A DNA stretch of 64,000 nucleotides from Candidatus Bathyarchaeota archaeon. GTDB lineage: Archaea; Thermoproteota; Bathyarchaeia; 40CM-2-53-6. Location: contig VBBS01000027.1 in NCBI GenBank assembly GCA_005888745.1, positions 55,045-119,044 of the forward strand. The letters run 5' to 3'. The notes beneath the pieces were generated by a model, which saw nothing but the letters and a program-made list of their open reading frames with translations, made no database searches and was not told the DNA's origin. The first letter of the stretch is position 1. Each line of letters begins with the position of its first letter. Shown here in pieces: positions 56,957 to 64,000 of this stretch. A program made the translations under genes and the position numbers.

Positions 56957-57025
56957 AGGAACGCTCTTTTATAGCCTCACCAGGTTTGGATTGCGGACTT
57001 GACAGTTCAAATTCAGAAATACAAA

Positions 57026-58431
57026 ATGCTGATCGGGGGAGAGTGGAAGGACAGCGCAAATGGCGCTGTTTCATCAGTTCTTGATCCTTCAAACAACGTA
57101 CAAGACAGGACGCGAAAGCTGCAGTCGTGAGTGCGAAGATCGCGCTGGAGTCGGCCGGCTGGGTCGACATTGATCCCAGCAAGAGAGGGCGTCTCCTAAC
57201 TAAGCTCACAACTCTGGTCAGGGAGAATTCAGAGCAGCTGGCAAAGCTTGAAACCATGAGTGAGGGGAAGACTCTCCGAGAGTCTAAGGGTGATGTTGCC
57301 TGGGCGGCCAGGGCGTTCGAGTACTGGGCAGGACTGGCGGACAAGGTTGAAGGAGAAACCATACCTGTTCCGCCGAGACGTCTGAACTACACTCTTCGTG
57401 AGCCGCTAGGCGTAACGGTCCATATTGTTCCTTGGAATTATCCGATCGCGCTTGCTGCTAGAAGTTTGGCACCGGCAATTGCAGCAGGGAATACTGTTGT
57501 CGTGAAACCGTCTGAGATTACTCCTCTTACAGCGATTATGCTGGGAGATCTAGCGCTTAAGGCCGGCATCCCCAAAGGTGTTATCAACGTTGTAACTGGA
57601 TCAGGTGCTGAAGTAGGCGAAGCACTTGTGTCGGACCCGCGAGTGGACGGGATAGTTTTCACAGGGTCCGCTGAGACAGGAACGCAGGTGATGGAGTCAG
57701 CCGCGAAAAATGTTACAAGGGTACTTCTGGAGTTAGGCGGTAAGAACCCGCATATTGTCTTCCCTGACGCCGACTTGGCGAAGGCCGCTAAGAGCGTGAA
57801 GGAAGGCATTTTCACCAATGCTGGACAAATGTGCTGGGCCGGATCTAGGGCATTCATTCACGAGAGCATATACGATGATTTCGTAAAGGACCTCGTCGCC
57901 AAGACCCGAGCGATAAAGGTCGGGCCTGGAAGAGATGATACCAGCGAGATGGGACCCTTAGCCTCAAAGGCTCGGCAAGACGTGGTTCTCGGGTTTGTCA
58001 AGGACGGCCTCGAAGAAGGGGCAAGTCTTCTCTGCGGGGGGAAGAAACCATCTGACCCAGGACTGCAGAAGGGAAATTTCGTCGAGCCCACCATTTTCGA
58101 GAACGTCAACGGGAAGATGAAAATCGGGTGCGACGAGATTTTCGGACCTGTTCTGGGCCTTACCCAGTTCAAGACTCTCGACGAGGTTGTTGCTATGGCC
58201 AATGAGACAGATTATGGACTATACGGGGGAGTCTGGACGAGCAATTTGAAAGTCGCTCATGAACTCGCTGTTCGTCTCCAGGTCGGTGGACTAGCCGTGA
58301 ACGAGTATTTGGTGACCTTTCCGCAGACCCCGTTCGGCGGCTACAAGGACAGCGGAATAGGACATGAAAACGGCATACGCTCGTTAGAATTCTACACACG
58401 AACCAAGAATGTCTCGATAAACCTTTCCTAG
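57026..58431 (+). CDS. aldehyde dehydrogenase, interrupted by a -1 frame change near 57085-57127
   Basis: Main body 57127..58431 (catalytic Cys region AGQMCWAGSR, ELGGKNP). The conserved N-terminus MLIGGEWKDSANGAVSSVLDPSNN is encoded from ATG 57026 in the frame offset by +1 and stops at 57130. The body frame opens at 57085. Confidence 0.75.
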
Positions 58432-58767
58432 ACACTATCGCCAGCTCCCTACAATTATCCTCTGAAGAGGCATGCGGAGAGCATTGCCACGAAAAATAGC
58501 CCATTTTCAGACCCCTGATATCGAGTCTGGGGCCCTTCTCTACACTGACTAGGAAAATCGTTCTTGACACCGCATTTAGAACCGCAGGAACCATCATGTC
58601 GTTTAGGCCAAATGCCAAGCTCTGAATCGCGAGACTCGCCCGGAATCAGTGCCAGACACGGAGCGACCTCTCAGGAGCGTGTCTTACACAGAGCATCTCG
58701 TGACGCCAGAGTGTTTGAGAGCGCGAAATCCACTGCCGAGCTTGGGAACAGTGGAGGTTCTTTCGAA

Positions 58768-59694
58768 CTAGGTAAGCTCGTCCAGCAACGGCGTAATATC
58801 ACGGTTGTAAATATCCTGCTCGACAAAGGGCTTTTCTTTCAGGGCGGGCATTCGAAGAGCCAGCTGGTCCTCGAAGGTAGGAACCTCCATCTTGAAGAAA
58901 ACCCCGATCGGTATCTTGTCGCCCCACTCGAAAGACTTCACCAGGGCATTTCCCTTCTTTGTGTTAACCTCGTCCGTCGTGGGATCGGCAACCGTACCAT
59001 TGTACCCTGAATCCTCCAGCTTGTAGAGCCTCGGTGCCTTGACCGGAAGATCTTCGCCACCATACCATTCTTTCGTGTTGATGTCGTTATAGGTCGGGCA
59101 TGTTTGCAGAACATCTACGAACGCGCTTCCCCGATGTTCTATTGCCGCTCGAAGGGTTTGCTTCAAGTGGCGAACGTCAAGAGCATAACTCCGCGCAACG
59201 AACGTATAGCCCGAAGCGACTGCCATAGCGATCGGATTCACACGCTCAATGATCGCGGGGGCAGGCATCGATTTCGTTTTCACACCCTTCGGCAGGGTCG
59301 GAGATGCCTGACCTTTTGTCAAGCCGTAGACTCCATTATCGTAGAGCACGTATGTGAAATCCAGGTTCCTTCGACCAGTATTGACGAAGTGGCCTGCTCC
59401 TATTCCCAGTCCGTCTCCGTCGCCACCAACAGCGACAACGGTCAGTCCTGGGTTAGAAAGACGGGCACCAGTAGCGATTGGAAGGACACGGCCATGGAGA
59501 GTATGGAACCCGTACGCGTTAACAAAATGAGGTGTCTTGCCTGAGCATCCGATTCCCGAGAAGATCGCGACCCTGTGGGGTTCAAGCTGCATTTCTAGAA
59601 GGGTCATCTGAATCGCGTTGACGATTCCGAAGTCTCCGCAACCAGGGCACCAGTCGTTGTGAACCTGTGTCCGGTAGGTCTTTAGCTCAAGCAT
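58768..59694 (-). CDS. korB: 2-oxoacid:ferredoxin oxidoreductase beta subunit (TPP-binding)
   Basis: CPGCGDFGI motif and TPP-binding GDG region. Confidence 0.9.
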   Translation of the reverse strand: MLELKTYRTQVHNDWCPGCGDFGIVNAIQMTLLEMQLEPHRVAIFSGIGCSGKTPHFVNAYGFHTLHGRVLPIATGARLSNPGLTVVAVGGDGDGLGIGAGHFVNTGRRNLDFTYVLYDNGVYGLTKGQASPTLPKGVKTKSMPAPAIIERVNPIAMAVASGYTFVARSYALDVRHLKQTLRAAIEHRGSAFVDVLQTCPTYNDINTKEWYGGEDLPVKAPRLYKLEDSGYNGTVADPTTDEVNTKKGNALVKSFEWGDKIPIGVFFKMEVPTFEDQLALRMPALKEKPFVEQDIYNRDITPLLDELT

Positions 59695-61536
59695 GAGATA
59701 CGGTTACCTCTTTGATTCCGTTCTTTATTATGTCTTTGACACCCTCGTAGATTTCGTTCTGGGAAAACGGTCTTCCGTCGAACTTTACAATAGTATTGTC
59801 CATTGCAATACCGGTTTTCTCACGGATCAACCCTGCCATCTGTGCGGAGTAATTGTTTTCGATCGCGATCTTCCGCCGGGCCGAACCAAGTGCCTGCTGA
59901 ACGAAGCTTGTTGGGAACGGGCTAACGTATCGCACCTGTAGAAAGTTTGTTTCTATCCCGTCGCTCTTGAGGTCTTCCATGCCGTCGAGTATCGCTCCCT
60001 TCGATGACCCCCAGCCAACGAGTGTAATCAGAGCCGATGTTGGTCCGTGCAAGGTTGCCTTCTTTGAGTCCGGTATTACTTGTCCAGCAAGCTCGATCTT
60101 TCTCATTCTCTTCCTCATCATCTTGATCCGGATATCCGGCGCCTCCGTGATATGACCATACTCGTCATGCTCATCTCCAGTTGTCCAGAAGATCCCCCCT
60201 TTCTGACCAGGAATTGCTCGGGGGGAAATTCCCAGTTCTGTCCAACGGTAGCGTCGATGCTTATGGCGAGATCTGATTCTCGAACCAAGTCTCCCCGATC
60301 GACCTTCAGGTTGTCGCCGTTGAAAGGAGGAATATCTTGGTAGGTGCTCGCCAGGAACTTGTCGGTCAGAAGTATGACGGGCACTTGGTAGCGTTCCGCG
60401 TAGTTGAACGCGTCGAACGTGTCGTAGTAAGTTTCGACCACATCTCCGGGTGCAATAATTATCCGAGGAAATTCTCCATGGGCAGCGTGAAGAGCAAATC
60501 TTAGGTCTGCTTGCTCCGTCCGAGTCGGCAGCCCAGTTGCAGGACCTGCCCGCTGATATAGCACGACAACTGGTCCAGGGGCTTCAGTTATCCCGGCCCA
60601 CCCCAAGCCTTCGGCCATAAGAGAAAAGCCCGGTCCAGATGTAGAGGTAGAAGATCTGAGACCAGCGTGAGCCGCACCGGTGGCCATGTTGATCGCGGAA
60701 ATCTCGTCCTCTGCTTGTACGACTATCATATTGTAGTCCTTCTGGTGGGACTCCAAGTACTCGCTCTCGTCCGTTGCTGGTGTAATGGGATAGTAGGTTT
60801 GGAATCCACATCCGGCCTTGAGTTTCGCGATAGCCACGGCTTGTACACCTCTGATCATCATTCGCTTTCCAGACAGCGGTTGCTTTCGCAGCTTTATCGG
60901 AAACGCATCTTCGCCGAAACCCGCCTTTGCATAATCGTATCCGCGTTTCGCGGCGCTGACGTTTAGGTCGCCGAGAGCTGCCTTGCGTCCGGTGAACCCT
61001 TCTCTAATGGCCTCGGTTGCGAGGTCAAAGTCGTAATCGGCGAGGCCAAGGGAAGCCCCTAGAGCAATCGTGTTGACCATAACCTGGTACTTGCTCAGTT
61101 CCTTGTCCTTTCCAAACTCCTTCAGCGCCTCGACAAGGAGATCCATGTAGGGGATCGGAAAGAGTTTGATATCATCACGCCCGAAAGAGTCAGGTGACAG
61201 GTTCAAGCTGCGATCGTAGATTATTCCACCTCCAGGGCTGACCTCGTGTCTATGCCCTCGATGGGTAGGACGAAGCTTGTTCATGTCGCCGAAGATTGTT
61301 TCCCGGTCGAGGGCTACGAGTAAGTCTACCCAGTCCACGTGGGATCTGGGCGCCTTTGACTCTACTCTGAGCCTGTAGTAGCTATGTTCGCCCTTGATGT
61401 TGGAGTGATACTCGATGTTGGCAAATATGTGAAGTCCTCCACGAATGCATGCTTTTGCAAAGTTCTCTGCAACCGAGTTGATCCCGCTGCCTTGAGGACC
61501 GCCTATCATCCAGGTGAAACTGTTGGTTACTGTCAA
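59687..61536 (-). CDS. korA: 2-oxoacid:ferredoxin oxidoreductase fused gamma-alpha subunit, split by a -1 frame change near 60250-60280
   Basis: Called as 60118..61536 (472 aa) plus 59687..60121 (144 aa). The downstream frame, extended upstream, reads RYRWTELGISPRAIPGQKGGIFWTTGDEHDEYGHITEAPDIRIKMMRKRMRKIE, the conserved alpha-subunit segment. The upstream ORF's last ~45 aa are out-of-frame junk. Confidence 0.8.
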
Positions 61537-61630
61537 ATTCCCGCACCATTAGGGGATCTGCTAGCATAGAAAATTCTTTGCCCCGTCGAGGTCTTGGGTC
61601 CTAAGGCGGGGAACTTGCCTTGGTCTGAAG

Positions 61631-62407
61631 TTGGGTGTCAAGCAGGGCGCCTCAAAACAAGCGCTATATACGTATAGTCCAGCGAGAATTCGTTTCGCCA
61701 TGAATCAGATGGGACGAGTGGCACTGGCTGAGGCTTATGGGACCTTTCTTCTCACTATGATCGGCCCGGGGACAATCATGGCGGTCACGTTGCTCGATTT
61801 CGGGGGTACGGGTGCCGGACTCGGCTTTATCGGTCTCGCCCATGGGGTAGCCCTCCTGTTGGCGGTGTACACCATAGGCCGCGTGACGGGCGCCCACATC
61901 AATCCCGCGGTCACAATTGCTCATTGGGCTACGCGGAGGGTAGAGACAAAAAAAGTAGCACCGTACATTCTTGGACAGCTTGCAGGCGCATCCGTCGCGG
62001 GCTTCATCCAGCTCGCATTGTGGACGTCAAGCAACAGCCCAATACTTGTGCAGGCCGCTCGCTCGACCTTCTTTGGAGATACCATTCCAAACCTTGAATT
62101 CGGCATCGGTGCCGTACTTCTAGCTGAGGTGACTGGTACTGCCATCCTCGTCTTCACCGTGTTCGGGGCTACGGACAAGGCTGCTGACCCAAGCCGGGCA
62201 GGAGTCACGATAGGATTCGCTCTGGCAGCCATGGTCTGGATGTTCGGCCCGATTTCTGGGGCATCTCTTAACCCAGCTAGAACATGGGGGCCGACACTGG
62301 CTTCATCAATTTTCAGCCTGACCCCTCTGGGAAACTTATGGATCTATGTCGTTGGACCGGTCTTAGGAGGTTTGCTTGGAGCTTTCCTGTACGACGCGTT
62401 TAGGTAG
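61631..62407 (+). CDS. aqpM: aquaporin / MIP-family channel
   Basis: Two NPA boxes (HINPAVT, SLNPART). Six TM segments. Confidence 0.9.
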   Translation: MGVKQGASKQALYTYSPARIRFAMNQMGRVALAEAYGTFLLTMIGPGTIMAVTLLDFGGTGAGLGFIGLAHGVALLLAVYTIGRVTGAHINPAVTIAHWATRRVETKKVAPYILGQLAGASVAGFIQLALWTSSNSPILVQAARSTFFGDTIPNLEFGIGAVLLAEVTGTAILVFTVFGATDKAADPSRAGVTIGFALAAMVWMFGPISGASLNPARTWGPTLASSIFSLTPLGNLWIYVVGPVLGGLLGAFLYDAFR

Positions 62408-62488
62408 GGCCTAGACGAGGAAATGAGTCAAAGATTCTTCAGGAATATTTCTGATTGAACACAGTCTGATGTTGAGGCGGTGGGTGGC

Positions 62489-62827
62489 TCAAGCCTTCGT
62501 CTGAGCTGGCGTCGCCGGCTGGACCGCCGGAGGAGTGTAGCCGGGGTTGACTCTCTGGTTGATCTCGTTGGCGAGAGCATGTCCGTGGAGAATAACCGTG
62601 ACCTTCTTTACACCTTCGAGCTTGGACGTAAGTGTCTTTATGCTCATTCCAATGTCTTCCGCGAAGATCGGGGGACAGAACGGTGCAGTAAGATGATATT
62701 TGATGAAAATCTCTCCATTCTCTTGGATGTTTATCTCGTCAACTAGGTGCATCTCTGTGATCGGAAGTCCGATCTCAGGATCCACAACCTTCTCAAGCTC
62801 CTTTTCGACTAGGTCTACGGTGATCAT
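62489..62827 (-). CDS. DUF59 (MIP18/SufT/PaaD-like) Fe-S assembly family protein
   Basis: VVDPEIGLPITEMHLV and cysteine-containing APFCPP motif. Confidence 0.7.
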   Translation of the reverse strand: MITVDLVEKELEKVVDPEIGLPITEMHLVDEINIQENGEIFIKYHLTAPFCPPIFAEDIGMSIKTLTSKLEGVKKVTVILHGHALANEINQRVNPGYTPPAVQPATPAQTKA

Positions 62828-63006
62828 GCTCTTCGAGTAGATGAGTGTGACCGTTTTGATTTATAGGTTCCTTGGAGGTGTAAAAACGGATGTTCGTGTG
62901 GGGTAAGCTGATAATGGGCGACTTCGCATCGAAGCGAAGACTCTTCGGATTATGACATAAGTTATGTTTAAATAGATTTTGCGAACTATTAGTCAACGTC
63001 GTCTTA

Positions 63007-63456
63007 TTGATCATTCCTTGTGAAGTTGCAGCGAAATCCGTCATCCCCGCACTACGGGCAATGATAGCTCGAGAGCTGATAGAAGACTATGGAATGAAAC
63101 AGGAGCTCGTCGCAGAACGACTGGGAATTACACAAGCAGCAGTGAGCAAATACAGACACCAGGTTCGCGGAGAAGCAATAGATTTGGGAGCATCATCAGA
63201 GGTCCGTCAGATGAGTAGAGATATAGCCTCCACTCTTGCAAGCAACCCGAGCCCGCTGGAAGTGTCAAGAAAGCTGTGTCAAGCCTGCACAGATATCCGG
63301 GCTTTAGGCCTCATGTGCGAGACCTGCAGGAAGGTCGACCCTGGGTGGGATGTCGAGCATTGCACGATTTGCTTTGGACATCACAGCTGCGCAGAGATTG
63401 TGAGTATCGAAACCAGCAGCATTGCAAAGTACAGAAAGATACCGATTCGACAATAA
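63007..63456 (+). CDS. HTH transcriptional regulator with C-terminal Cys-rich metal-binding domain
   Basis: HTH (ELVAERLGITQAAVSKYR), then CQAC...CETC...CTIC...C. Confidence 0.55.
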   Translation: MIIPCEVAAKSVIPALRAMIARELIEDYGMKQELVAERLGITQAAVSKYRHQVRGEAIDLGASSEVRQMSRDIASTLASNPSPLEVSRKLCQACTDIRALGLMCETCRKVDPGWDVEHCTICFGHHSCAEIVSIETSSIAKYRKIPIRQ

Positions 63457-63799
63457 CTCAGTTCCTACAAGTTTGACCCTAAGTCGCGGCCTAGTAATTC
63501 TCCTGGTTTTTCCAACCGAGTCGACGCATTACCGACCTGAGTTATGACTAGAGCTCTTGAATTCTCAACGATCGGTTCCAAGTTCTAGTACTTGATGATT
63601 CTTCCACTGGAGGACTTCCGATAAGGACCTCTCTTTCGACGCCGAGCCTTATCCTTGGACTCTCTTCTTCGAATTATCTTGTCTTCAACATTCAGAGACG
63701 TTTCCCTCCTACAGTCCTATCCTCGCAGGCTGCGCAAGTCAATTCTTAAATGCCTAATAAGAAAAGCTTACGTGCATCCCAGGGGACACGCGCAACACT

Positions 63800-64000
63800 T
63801 TGAGACTAGGCGTGGGCAAGTCAAAGCAAAAGGATCCGCCTCCGGGAGCAAACGTTCAGCCTTCAGCAACCAGCCGGCTGAGAGAGCTGTGCGGTGGGGA
63901 CGAGGAACTCTACATCGCCATGTCGCACCTGATGTTCCTGGATCCGAAGAAAATCACAATGCCTTTCGAAGGGGTGCTTAAAGAGGCTCAAGACTACGAG
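63800..64000 (+). CDS. partial CDS running off the window end (hypothetical)
   Basis: Open frame from 63761 to the window edge (..RLRELCGGDEELYIAMSHLMFLDPKKITMPFEGVLKEAQDYE). The start is uncertain: candidates are TTG 63800, GTG 63812, ACG 63770 and ACG 63788. Confidence 0.25.
   Translation, partial: MRLGVGKSKQKDPPPGANVQPSATSRLRELCGGDEELYIAMSHLMFLDPKKITMPFEGVLKEAQDYE

Noticed and set aside
1-64000. CRISPR arrays, restriction-modification, toxin-antitoxin or other defence islands
   Set aside because: No direct-repeat/spacer periodicity, no Cas-like, methyltransferase or nuclease-ATPase defence signatures were seen in any frame.

Overview
This window reads as an archaeal chromosomal segment made up mostly of housekeeping and central-metabolism genes. 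Evidence for archaeal origin: a type II GAPDH, archaeal DnaG primase, family-B DNA polymerase, PAN-like AAA ATPase, ribosomal proteins S8e and S11, SRP19, and split PheS/PheT. About 70 protein genes are supported, including smc-scpA-scpB, metE(split)-metF, tdh/kbl, glyA, pheS-pheT-trpS-map, a 2-oxoacid:ferredoxin oxidoreductase, an aquaporin and a beta-oxidation/paa-like acyl-CoA cluster. There is no CRISPR array and no obvious defense island. The most unusual signals:
(1) At least four genes (pheT, hbd, an M48 peptidase and a small ORF) have conserved N-termini that run back to an in-frame ACG exactly where ATG is expected, and two of these sit at tight operon junctions. A thiolase has no canonical start at all.
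(2) Two conserved enzymes (aldehyde dehydrogenase and the OFOR alpha subunit) are each split by a -1 frame change.
(3) Two intact free-standing double-motif LAGLIDADG homing endonuclease genes plus one remnant. One intact copy is wedged between a thiolase and its DUF35 partner; the other sits 27 nt upstream of a tRNA-like gene that carries a ~100-nt insertion.
(4) A family-B polymerase whose Exo I motif looks degenerate.
(5) A membrane-anchored KaiC/RecA-like ATPase with a long Pro/Ser/Thr-rich linker.
(6) A BlaI/BlaR1-like repressor-protease pair.
All product calls rest on motif recognition by eye. No database search was run.
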